Assembly (NCBI GenBank): GCA_048013815.1 | Contig: CM106586.1 | Coordinates: forward strand, 4,836,001-4,900,000 | DNA: 64,000 bases | From: Setoptus koraiensis | Lineage: Eukaryota; Animalia; Arthropoda | Reading direction: 5' to 3' | Shown: positions 42,744 to 54,108 of the stretch, piece by piece | Layout: every line of letters begins with the position of its first letter | Position numbering within the stretch: the first letter of the stretch is position 1 | The notes under the pieces: generated by a model | Seen by the model: only the letters and a program-made list of their open reading frames with translations | Database searches by the model: none | Told to the model about the DNA's origin: nothing | Made by a program: the position numbers and the translations under genes

Positions 42744-45666
42744 GACCGATTGCAAACCAGTGCAGTGGACAACAAGTGGCCGCAGTGACGCCGCAATAAA
42801 ATAAATTCCCATTCAATAAATCGAAGAGCCATTAGGCCGGCCACAAGTTTATTCGATCGGCGCCCCGAGGCCGACCGGCCAATGATCAATGACAGTGGCC
42901 ACCGTCATGAAGCGCATGCAATAACAATAATAGTAACGATAATGGCAATAATGATGAACGATGATAATCTCGTTACGGCCCGACGATGAGCCAGCGAACC
43001 GCGGCCCGACGATGAGCGGGCAAACCGCGGCCCGACGATGAACCGGCGAACCGCGGCCCGACGCGCCGCTAACCCGACATTAGGCCGCACAATTTTGCGC
43101 CGCTTGCAACGGCCAACGCTGGCTGGGCTAAAACAAAACACCAACACACAGTCGCATCCATACAAGTTGCATGATACAACAAGAGGCCGTCGTCTGACAG
43201 CAGCAGCAGCAGCATCGGTCAGAGCGGTCAGCGGTGGCGCTAATTATCGGCGAGCTGTCGTTAGCACCTGTCGTGCACCCAACAAGTGCAGCAAGTGCTC
43301 ACCTGTGTGTGGTTTGCTTGCGCCCTGGCAAGCTGTTTTGTCGATCACAATGCCACTGGCCACTGCAACAACATCAATAGCATACAGCCAGTCGATATAA
43401 TGTTACAATTACTGTCTTGGCGGTTGTTTCGGGCTGCTGCTGCTGCTGCCGCTGTTACAAGTCGACACGACCAGCCAGACGAGATAACGAGCCAATGGCA
43501 AAAAGTGAATTGCGATTGGCAATCATTATTTGCTTGTTTGGTTAGCGAGTTGCGTGGGCCGCTGTTGCATCGTTCGGCCGGCCGAGCCAATACCTTTGCA
43601 TGGATACCATTGAACCGTTGCAGTGCAAAGTTTGGAGCTGCGCAAATTCTGGCCGACTCATCATTTGGCGAAATGCTCGCAGCGGCAACGATCGACGCCG
43701 CCAAACTGCTGGCTCGTTAGTCGTTGGCGAGAGATTGCGCCAGATATTATCGGGCAGATAAGCGACCGGCTCGCTGTGTCCGAGCGGTCGCAATCCTGCA
43801 GCACCCACAGCCAGATTATCGCCAACGTCGCCAGCATCGCCAACTGCCCTGCGTCCGTCGGCCAGCCACTTCCGGCGACACGCTCGCGGGCTCCGTTTTT
43901 CGGGCGCGAACTTGGCCGAAAAGAAATTCGGCCACAATTCGCTGTTGCGCAATTTCGCAAAATTCGTCGGGCTGTCGGAAAAAACGAGCGAAAAGACGAG
44001 CGACCTAAAGCAGCGTTTGCCCGCATTGGCCGGTGCGGCTGCAGACAACCCGCGATCCAATTTCGCCCATTTGCCTGGCCAGTTCGGCCAGCAAGTGTGG
44101 CCGCTCTGCCCACTCGGCCCACTTCGGCACAATTGCCGATTTGGCCTGTCGCTGCGTTGTGCCGAAACCGTTATTATTGTTACTGTTGTTATTGCATATT
44201 ACATATTATATTGGCTCATAGATTGTATATTGCATAACGTAATCGCATCATAATAATAGCTTGATACCGTGACAGCGTCAACGAGACAACGAGCGAGCGA
44301 GCGAGCGAGCGCCAACGAGACAACAAACGAGCGAGCGTCGACGAGCCAACAAACGAGCCAGAGAAACAAAGAAAGTGCTTTTATTGATTATTGTCCATGA
44401 CTATTGACTATTCGCGATCGGAGCATGTAATGGGCGATTGGGCCGACTGATTGGCCGCGTTGTTTCAGCTGTCATGGGGCCGCGCGGTTGCGTCGGCCGG
44501 CTCGGTGGCGCTTGTTAGTCCGGTCAACTCTTTTGTTGTTTGCTGCTCTTTTTGTTGCCAGCACTGACAGTTTGCGAAAAGAAAAAATCAGAGAGAGAGA
44601 GAAAAACATTTCGTTTACGATTATTATTATTATCGTGGCGAAATTGTTTGAAACAACGGCCAGCTTGCAGCGCAACAGTTGCGATGCTGGCAAAATTAAA
44701 TTGCCAGCGAAAAACAAACTAACATGATTGATTTAAACTGATTTCGTGTGTCCACAAGCGGTCGCTGTAGGATGCTGCCAGTCGGCGCAACCTGTTGCTC
44801 GTTTGTTGCTCGTTTGTTTGTTTGTTGCTCTCGCAAATTGCCTAATGATGCCAGCTGCTGCCACTGCCACTGCCAGCCACTCGCCAAGCCACCTAACACA
44901 TTGCATAATATAAGCAACTTATATTGCATCACTCGCAATATTGCATAACGGTGCCCGTTAGTTGGTTGCGCGAATGGGAATATTTGCAATGGGCAAATTT
45001 GCAACGCAACGCTCAGCTTTCTCACTCGCGATTTGCGATTCGCGATTCGCGAATCCGTCTTGCCAACAAGTTGTTGGCACCGTCCGTTTGCCAATGGCGG
45101 CCATTGGCGGCCAGAAAACAGCCAGCCAGAGAGATGAGATAAGTGAGATAAGATCAATCAATTTAGATTTAATCGCACTCGCACAAACAGTAAAAATAAA
45201 CTCAATGAAGCCACCGCAAATATCGCCTGCCTGCCCGGCACTGTCGAACGCTGGCTAACGCTTTCTCCCAAATGCTAATTCGCCATTAATTTTCGCTGGC
45301 CAGCAGCAATCAACACAAAGTTTTTTCCTTGTCGCTCACACGCCGTTGTGACCGCTGACCGCCAGTTAGCCAGTTGTGATGCTGGCAACGGAACAACGGC
45401 CTGTCTGATTTTCGTAGGGCGCCAACTCTTTTCTCGCAGAGAATTTTCGCCCAGGAAATTTCTCAAATTTTATTCATTTTGTGCCTCGAATTGTCAGTTT
45501 CTCTGACTCTGATTTTCGAATTTAGTTTCAACTGAGCTTCAATTGCGATTTTAGAATTCAGTTTCTTCGAATGTGAGCTCGGAATTTCAATGACGGAGCC
45601 AAGTTGGATGCTCGCGTCGATAATGTGACAATTGTCACGAACGCTTGTCGGCAACGCAAAACTCAC

Positions 45667-45911
45667 CTTAGGGGCCAAAAGTGGGCCTTGGGCTGGCAGC
45701 CCGAGCGGGCCACCCGTTGCTTGTTGGTCGTGGATGGTTGCTGTTGAGATGCGCCGGCCGACGCCACGGGCTTGGCCGTTGTTTTCTTTGGCGATGCTAG
45801 CTCGCTTATTTTGCTGGTCACATTATTGGTTACACTGTTATCACTGTTGATGCCCGTTATCTTTGGTTGTTGCTGCTGCTGCGGCTTCGAATTGAGCTGA
45901 TGCGCCGACGG
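45667..45911 (-). CDS. 3' part of another Q/T/S-rich coding exon (PSAHQLNSKPQQQQQ...AHFWPLR); 5' part lost in the N gap
   Basis: Open CAA-rich frame from the gap edge to CCCCTAAG|GTGAGT after 45667 (phase 2, same as exon 24919). Composition matches the other exons. Confidence 0.6.
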
Positions 45912-46411
45912 NNNNNNNNNNNNNNNNNNNNNNNNNNNNNNNNNNNNNNNNNNNNNNNNNNNNNNNNNNNNNNNNNNNNNNNNNNNNNNNNNNNNNNNNN
46001 NNNNNNNNNNNNNNNNNNNNNNNNNNNNNNNNNNNNNNNNNNNNNNNNNNNNNNNNNNNNNNNNNNNNNNNNNNNNNNNNNNNNNNNNNNNNNNNNNNNN
46101 NNNNNNNNNNNNNNNNNNNNNNNNNNNNNNNNNNNNNNNNNNNNNNNNNNNNNNNNNNNNNNNNNNNNNNNNNNNNNNNNNNNNNNNNNNNNNNNNNNNN
46201 NNNNNNNNNNNNNNNNNNNNNNNNNNNNNNNNNNNNNNNNNNNNNNNNNNNNNNNNNNNNNNNNNNNNNNNNNNNNNNNNNNNNNNNNNNNNNNNNNNNN
46301 NNNNNNNNNNNNNNNNNNNNNNNNNNNNNNNNNNNNNNNNNNNNNNNNNNNNNNNNNNNNNNNNNNNNNNNNNNNNNNNNNNNNNNNNNNNNNNNNNNNN
46401 NNNNNNNNNNN
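45912..46411. other. Assembly gap (500 N)
   Basis: Run of N. Confidence 1.
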
Positions 46412-47015
46412 CCGACAACAACGCCGACAACAACATCGACGGCAACATCGACAGTGGCCACGGCAACGACAGCGTCGCCAGCGACACAAATCGACGCGCC
46501 GCAACGGAGCGCACTTCGCTTTCCATTGTTGCCGGCCACTGACAACTTGTGAGTGTGTGCTCAATCATCTGCATCTCGTCTTCATAAATTCATTCTTGTG
46601 CCTATTCGCTGGCTCGCCTCTCGTCGAGCGGCCGCTTCGCTCGCTCGCCAGTTGGCCGACTGATTGCGTCAGTGTCGGTCACAGCTCGGCTTTAATCGAC
46701 ATTCTTCGGGCCCACATCACCTGTCTCTGTTACCTGTTGGCCGGTGTGCGCGGCCTGCGCGCATCGGGGCCAGCGAGTGCTCGCAACACGCCAACAATGA
46801 CACTGTCACTGCCATTGGTCATTTGCCTACACATTTGCCAACAATGCAATCACTGCTGCATTGTTGGCATCACCGTTTGCGACACCGTCGTCATAATCGC
46901 CGTTTACGATGACAGTCAGCTGTGGCCATGCTTTGATTGTCCTGCTGTTGTAATTTGCACACGCACGCACACACACACACACACACACGTCAGTGTGCTA
47001 AAAATACTCACTTAC

Positions 47016-47400
47016 CTGTGTGTCATTATCTCGGTTGTGAGATTGTCGGAGGTCCGTGTGTCTTGCGATGCGCTTGTTGCTGGCTCTTGCGTCACTGTGT
47101 GTGTGTGCTGTCACTTGGCGAGCTGTCACTTGGTTTAGCTGTCACTTGGTTTGGCTGTCACTTGGTGAGCTGTCACTTGGTGAGCTGTCACGTATGCCGT
47201 CATATGATGCGGCCTGTCAGGTCGGCCAAAGTATTAATGTCGTCGCTTGCTACTGGGCTCCGTGGGTGCCATATCGCCACTTGTTTGCCGTTTGAGGGCG
47301 CTTGCTTGTTGCTTGCTGCTTGCCGGCGTCGATTGTTTTGCTGCTCGCCGGCGTCGATTGTCGTTGCTTGCTGTCAGCTGCTGCTACTGTCAGCTATTGT
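47016..47400 (-). other. Possible non-coding (5' UTR) exon upstream of the large minus-strand gene
   Basis: CAA-rich on the minus strand, ending at CACAG|GTAAGTGAGT (two overlapping donors, GT at 47015 and 47011). The internal 15/16-bp repeat breaks frame, so it is probably untranslated. The 5' boundary is a guess. Confidence 0.3.
47107..47190. repeat. 15/16-bp tandem repeat x5-6 (GCTGTCACTTGGTGA)
   Basis: Units of 15, 16, 16, 15 and 15 bp visible directly. Confidence 0.95.
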
Positions 47401-47857
47401 TTGTGTGTGCCACCGCAATGCCAACAAACACAAATGTTTGTGTGTTACGTAAGATCCCGTTTGTTGATTCGGCCAGTCAAGTGAACACTATTTACAACTA
47501 TTGACCATTTGTTGTCATGATGTAACTCACGTTGCTGCTGCTGCTGCTTATCTCGCTCTTATCGGCCAACTAACTAATTCGCTGTGATCGCGCAACTACA
47601 CAACTTTTCTCGTTAACAGTTGCAAATTTGTTGTTTGGCTCTTCGTTGCAAGCGACGGCTCGGCTGCAAGCGAGCGACAAGCATGAGAGCAAGGCACGCA
47701 AATATGACAAGAAATATGCATTTGCAAGCTCCACCTACCCGCCGAATACTAATCATGGTCGGCGTCGTGAGCGCAACTCGCTCGGCGCAACTCGCCGTGA
47801 CCAATCCCGGTTTCTCTCGGCCGGCCGGCCTGCCCAATGCCCGGCCGTGGCCACCAT

Positions 47858-47923
47858 CAAAGCCCCGAGTGGCCAGCGCCAAAGCCCCGAACGGCCAGCG
47901 CCAAAGCCCCGAATGGCCAGCGT
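47858..47923. repeat. 22-bp tandem repeat x3 (CAAAGCCCCGARYGGCCAGCGC)
   Basis: Visible directly. Confidence 0.9.
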
Positions 47924-49606
47924 CAGAGCGCCGATAAAGCCCCGGAGTGGAGCAACAACTGCAGTCGGGGCATTGTCGACTCGGGCCATGAGCCGACGGG
48001 CACCCGAAGAGCGTGGGAACACTTGCCAGCGCCAGCCCAAAACAAACAGGTAGCTCCATCGTTGGGCGAAAAAGGCAACTGACCGTTAGGTTGCCTTTTT
48101 CGCCCAACGATTTGCAGCCAGTCGGCCGGGCGGTCGCCATGATGATAATGATTTGTCATGGGCCATCTAATCATTCTAATTTGTGATTGCGTGCTGTGCG
48201 CGTCCCACAGTGCCAACAACAAGTCAGTGTCTCATCTTGTCAGTGTCTCATCTTTTCTCGTGTGATTCTGCCCGTTGCCCTGACCACTGCTAGCGACATT
48301 GTTACTCTCTAATTCTTCTCTACATTCCAGCTATATTTTACCTGCATACTATGCCAACTATATTCTACCTGTACGCATTACAGCATATACGCGTATAGTA
48401 TGCCCGCTTGCACATAATAAACAACAGGTAACATAATGAGCAACAGGTAACATTAGATGCTTCATTTGTTTGTGTCATTTTAATTAGGGCCACTTCCTCT
48501 GTGCGCGCTTGTGTGTCTGTTGTGACAGCGCGGTTCTCACATGATGCACCCCCTGTATGCTGGGCACCAACTGGGCACCACTACTGGGCCATTTTATAAA
48601 CACAGTAGTAGGCATAACACTGAATAACTGAATAACACCAATGTAATGTGTCCAACAGAGACAGAGACAGAGAGGATATTCTCATGCTTGACCGACACTC
48701 CGTCGGCTAACCTTGATTCGAGAGCCGCTCGCTCCGGCGGACACAGCTGTCAGTGTTGGCGCAACGTAATTGATAGAGATGCTCCACAGTGAGAGCAACA
48801 TGATGCTAATATGAGCTCCATCTTCCTCTCAAACACATATTATCTCACATCTCAGATATACTACACAGTTACCTCGGTCTGAGATGGCAAGATGTTGCGC
48901 AACAAACACTGACATCACAACACAAACTGTTTCTGCAATTTCGGTTGCGCCTCATTTGCATGCTCTCGTTCATGCAAAGTGGCCGCTCTGGCCGTAGTAT
49001 GGCCACGTCACGTTGGCCTGGCTCGTTTGGACTGTCGGTTGTGTAGGCAGTCGCTGGTTAGTTGCATTGTTCTTTTGACAAATAGACAACCAGGTAGCAA
49101 TGACTCGTGCAATTCGAATCGACTGGCATTGTTTTCGAGCGCTCATTTGACGCCGCCGACGACAACACCGCGATAACACACTCACTCACGGCTCAACCGA
49201 CTCACAAAACTCTAAACTCACAAATCTCAAAAATCTGGCTCAACACACGCCCGTCCAAACCGCATCCAGGTGAGCAACAGGCTCAATTGGATGGATAAGT
49301 ACAGAGAGCATAATAAGGCATAATTTACACCATGATGGCCGCAGTAATGAACATGCCATATAGACATGAACGATATGGCAAAACGATACGTATCGCACAA
49401 CGATTTATCACGAATACGGCTCAATAAGAGAGCCGGTAAAGCTCATAATGAGAGAACATAAATTATGATTCAACTGGAGTGATTGCGATATCTCTTGTCA
49501 GTTTCCATTGCAACAGGTTGTAATTGACTCATCATGAGTGAGTTGTTCTCTCTTAGTCCACGCTATGTTCTTCGCCATTCATACATATGTTGTACATAAC
49601 TAGCAA

Positions 49607-49631
49607 AGTGAGAGAGAGAGAGAGAGAGAGA
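49607..49631. repeat. (GA)n microsatellite; another at ~21457-21483
   Basis: Visible directly. Confidence 0.9.
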
Positions 49632-50619
49632 AGATGCTCAACAAGTTATTACATGCCAACAACAGCCGAAAGCTGACAAGTCAATTGTCCGGCTCACAAC
49701 AACAATATACGGGCTTTATCTTTTATCTATCGTTCACTCTGTGATATCTTAGCTCTATTATAGCCCAACACTTATTCACTCACTCGTACTCTACATAACA
49801 GATATTTCATGTTGCAAGCCGCTCAAATCAATCTCTCAGCCAGCCGTTTACAGTCATAACAACAACACCAATCTTAAATACCCCTCTGATTATCATGGCA
49901 AAGAGTAATTTTAAGCGATTTCTGTCCCCTTTCCTTCTCTTTGCATTACCACTACCACTACCACTACCAACATATACACAGGAAACAGCATGCTGACGCA
50001 ACTGAACTAAACAACTACTTCAATTTGCTCTCCATCTCTTCCTCATTATCCCTCGCTAACAACAAATGAATTACTTTCCCTATATTGCCTCCAATGCTCA
50101 CGACCACCGGTTAGTAGTTAATGGTGATACCATTCTGATAGGATACTTCCAACAGTTCAATTACTTTGTCTTTGTTCAAAAACTCGTACTCTACTCAGGC
50201 CCACCTGGACTTTAGATTGCCCAATAGACTGACCAGTCATTGAGTCCATTGGTGGTAAATAACACTACACTTGCTTACTTTCGCAAGTTCCCCGCCAGTT
50301 TAAGTTGATAGCGTCATTACAAAGGTATATATATGGTAGATGCTGGCAAAAGTGTTCGTGATAACGGTAGACAAAACTAAAATAGTATCAAACACAACAA
50401 AGAGAGTGCAGTGAGTAGCCATACCAAGTAGGTAGCAGTGTAAAGAATTGCAGTAGTGCAACAGTAAAAGTAAATAACAGTATTTAGACATTATATACCA
50501 ACTGTTGCAATTGCAAGAAAACAACAGCTAACTAACAGTAAAATATCTCTTCAACTCATATTCTCTACTAATGTTGTGTTTCATAACTGTTGCTGCTTTC
50601 TTTATTTTCAATTATTACA

Positions 50620-53027
50620 TCATGAAAAAACTCTCGTTGCTGATAACGGTCTATCTTTTAAACTTTCTGAAAGTCTTTTAACACTGCTGCTACGAGCTTT
50701 GCCACTGCTAGCTCGCTCAACTTGTGATTGCTTGTTGTTTGAGATATCTTCTTTGCTTGTTGCTGCTTCTTCCCTCAGAACATTCTTTATCAAATAATCG
50801 ATAAGTTGGTTGAGAAAAAATGATATTATCTGCTGGTGTCTCCAGGTGAGATCAGGTGTTGCATTCAGAAACTCAGGCAATAGAACAATGAACCTTATCA
50901 AATGTCTCACATTTAATACATTCACTGGGCGGTCTGCTTCTCTTGTATGGTCAGATGTGTAATTGGAGGCCACTGTGGCGGAAGTGGTTGATGTTCTCTG
51001 TTGTTCATTGTCCCCTGAACTATTTATAGTAGCATGGCTTGAATTAATAGAATGTAAATTACTTCTCAATAAATACTGCTGCTTTTCATTGTTGTTATAG
51101 TATAAATAGTCTCCATCAGCCAAAACGTCAAAATAAATCTCCAAAGAATCTTGAAATTCTTTTAAAAGGCCATCAAAGTTACCCATCAATAGTTGCACTG
51201 TATTGGAATTCAGGTGACCACTATCTAGTTGGGTATACTGGCTGATGTGTCGGCAGGCATCGTCAAGTATCTCGTGAACAGATAGGACTGCATTGGATGG
51301 TGAAGGATCAAAATTATTCAAACCACCCTTAGCATTTGCTTTCGGTTTGCCGATGAAATTCTCTCTCCATTGACCGTTGCTAATTTCGGAAGATTGAGAC
51401 ATATGTCGTTCTTCGAACTGCTTTCTATCGTTCTCCAAATACCTTTTGAATTGATTTGGTAGTTTAAAATAAGTAAATTGGTCGTTGCTTTTTTGCGAGT
51501 TTCCTATGACACTTTTGGACGATGAATTTCTATGATTGGAGCTGAGACGCCGGGTTGTATTGAGGCTACCATTGGAGGATTGCGATGTTGAATCGCTGTC
51601 TATAACGGAAGCCATTTGGTCCGGATTAGATTTCTGGTTGGAATCGCTGGTACAAGCATTTATTGCATTTTCAGCATACGAGTGGTCATGTCGATATTTT
51701 AAAGCTTGGTCAAGATAAATTTTTGGATCTCTATAATAACAATTCAAACTGTTCCCATTCATATGATTTGAGCCATTCATGTTATTCGATGGCGATTGAT
51801 TATCTGATTGTGCCGATTCAGTTTTTAGTACCTGCTCTTTAATGATTGCGGGTATCTTGTTTAGTTTTATCTTGTTCTTCTTTAAATGCTCGGCCGCCTT
51901 TTTAGCTAGATCAATTTGAATATTACGGTTGGCTTCAGTATCGCACAATATGGTATCCTCAGAAACGAGACGATCTGCATGGGTGAATCAAAAAAGGAAG
52001 ATGTAGATGATTAATACAGTAAACATAAAGGATAAAAGGTAACATTGGATTAGCGAATGAAACTGTGAAACGATTTCTATTTTTAAGTATACAGACGGTG
52101 CAATGCGCGAGATTTTTGAAACTCAGAGATTGCATTAATTTTGCCACACATACCCCAACTTGAGCTCCAACCAGAGAAGTGTATTAAGTATTCTGGCTTG
52201 TTTGAATCGAGATTTCTATTAGAAGAAGTCAATTGACGCGCGATTGAAGCGGATGTTTTCTTGCCATTGATAGTGTATTGAATACGTTTCCTCTTATCTT
52301 TCAATGGATTAATACAATCAACAACTTTCGCGTCGTACAAAACTCTTGCTTTGGTTTTATCTTAGTGTCAGATAGGATGAAATTATTTAGTTAGTAATGT
52401 AAGTAAAGAATTTGATAGAGATTGATCGATGGTAGATTTAGTCATTGAAAAATTGAACTAAACATTCTAGATGATCTTACCTGGTTCATAAACTAGAACT
52501 TTTTGTCCTCTCGAATATTTGAATGTATATGTTTCGGGCCTTGCTGATGCAACTTTTTTTATCTTATCGACATCCTCACTACATCCAGGATTACTACTAG
52601 TATTACTAGTTCGAGCTGAGTTATTTTCCCCATCTTTGGGATTTGAGGTATTTTTACGCTTTCGCTCAGGTATCACAGTTCCCTTGACATCGATTTTGTC
52701 CTCTCTTTTTCTCTTTTGGCCTCGAGCCTGAATGTCGACCATTTTTTTTCGAACGGCACCATACAAGATGGTCTTCTGTTGGCCGTTGCAGTTGTTGTGT
52801 GTTAGTTGGTCGTGGTCATGATTTTCCTTTATCTTATGGTAACGATGATCGTGATTGCAGAGATTGATTATGACTAGATCGCTGAGTAGACCATTTCTCT
52901 CTGGTTGTTGCTGTTGCTTGTGGCTTAGTGAGATTGTTTTGTTATCTTTAGTTTCCGTAATAATTTTGCTCCTGGTGGTCACAGTGGTATTGAAACAAGT
53001 CGCAGTTTTCTTGTTGCCTAATGACAT
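50620..53027 (-). CDS. MSL3: Male-specific lethal 3 homolog (chromo-barrel + MRG domain). Exons 53027 (or 52742)-52481, 52360-52154, 51974-50620
   Basis: The spliced product reads FKYSRGQKVLVYEP|DKTKARVLYDAKVVD...PEYLIHFSGWSSSW|DRLVSEDTILCDTEANRNIQ, matching the MSL3 chromo-barrel (KVLCFEPDPTKARVLYDAK...EYLIHFNGWNRSWDRW). MRG-type motifs follow (FKLPNQFKRYLEND, SLEIYFD, HLIRFIVLLPEFL). Introns are GT-AG, 120 and 179 bp, both phase 1. Start codon ambiguous (53027 vs 52742). Confidence 0.9.
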
Positions 53028-54108
53028 CTGTTGTTCATTTGTTTCTTTTTCCTAAATTGTATTGTCGTTTGATACTGTTGTTATGCTTCATAAATCACGT
53101 GGCAACAGCAATAATGTTATTTTTAGAATAAATTTTTATTTAAAATTGGTTTTTGTGTCGACACTGTAAAGAAATGCTGGTGACTTAAACTGTAAATGGA
53201 AGGTTCGCTAACCGGCTTGTAGTCTCATTTCTGTGAGCGCATCAATAAAGCAAGAGTTGCTATTGCTGTTGTCGCTTGAGCTAACAATGGATTAGCGCAT
53301 GATAATTAATTTGTTAATTAATTAAAACGGTTATAGATAATTATGAAAAGAGGGATTTCCATTGCCATAGCCTCTCCCATTGATGAGATTTGTTTGTTGT
53401 TGTCTTATTGTGGCAGCGGTGGCGGTAGCGGCAACGGCAGCATGCAAAATTGAATACAAAGCTGTGCTTGTGTGTGAAACGAACTCTAGAGGGAGCTGCA
53501 GTCTCGTGACTTGCGCGAGATGGGCGAACGCTGAACGAGATCGGGATCCACCCGATTGGCGGTTTCTTGGCCACAGATATTCAGTAGTGTTTGCGTAACG
53601 CTCAAGGTAGACTTGGGCACTTGAGACCTATAAAATTCGCCCTATCGGCCAGCGGCATCAATGAGAATCGTCGAGAGCGTTGATGTGACGTGCACGTTGT
53701 TCATTGGTGCGTGAAAACATAAGCAACAAAAATCACACACACGCAATCGAACAATTCACCACTGTCCTATGGTGTGTGCTACATTTACGAGTTGCCGTTT
53801 GAAAACGCTCTACGGCCCTCTAGTGGGGTGAATGTAAACAACAACCGTTGTTGGTGTGGTCCAAAAATAAAACTCAAATAAACAGACAGTTCACAGTTTT
53901 CTTTTCGCATGGCGTTGGGGCATACTGTGAATCTAAATCATTACATAGTGGCCATATGACAAGACTATTCTATATCACGTTTACTTGAGCATCATTATTT
54001 GGATTATTATTTTTTCCTTTCACTCTTATACATTTCTTTGGCACACAACGTTACGTCTACCTAATTATATTCAACTAGGACACACTACCATTTGAGGCAA
54101 AATTCACA

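Noticed and set aside
47617-48053. Plus-strand ORF after a ttttctcgttaacAG acceptor (KARKYDKKYAF...)
   Set aside because: It contains a frame-breaking 22-bp repeat unit and has no convincing partner exons or homology.
48312-48329. Minus-strand resemblance to miR-1 (TGGAATGTAGAGAAG)
   Set aside because: No complementary arm or hairpin; it is a pyrimidine tract resembling a 3' splice site.
50115-50192. Minus-strand VEYEFLNKDKVIELLEVSYQNGI, reminiscent of Kv-beta/aldo-keto reductase; also a 49-aa plus-strand ORF here
   Set aside because: The fragment is bounded by stops with no continuing exon, and the plus-strand ORF has no recognisable features. Both are treated as chance.
53961-54000. AAGACTAT, like the 5' end of U3 snoRNA; small hairpins at 53500-53630 suggesting RNase P/MRP RNA
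   Set aside because: The conserved boxes and P4 pseudoknot sequences were not found.
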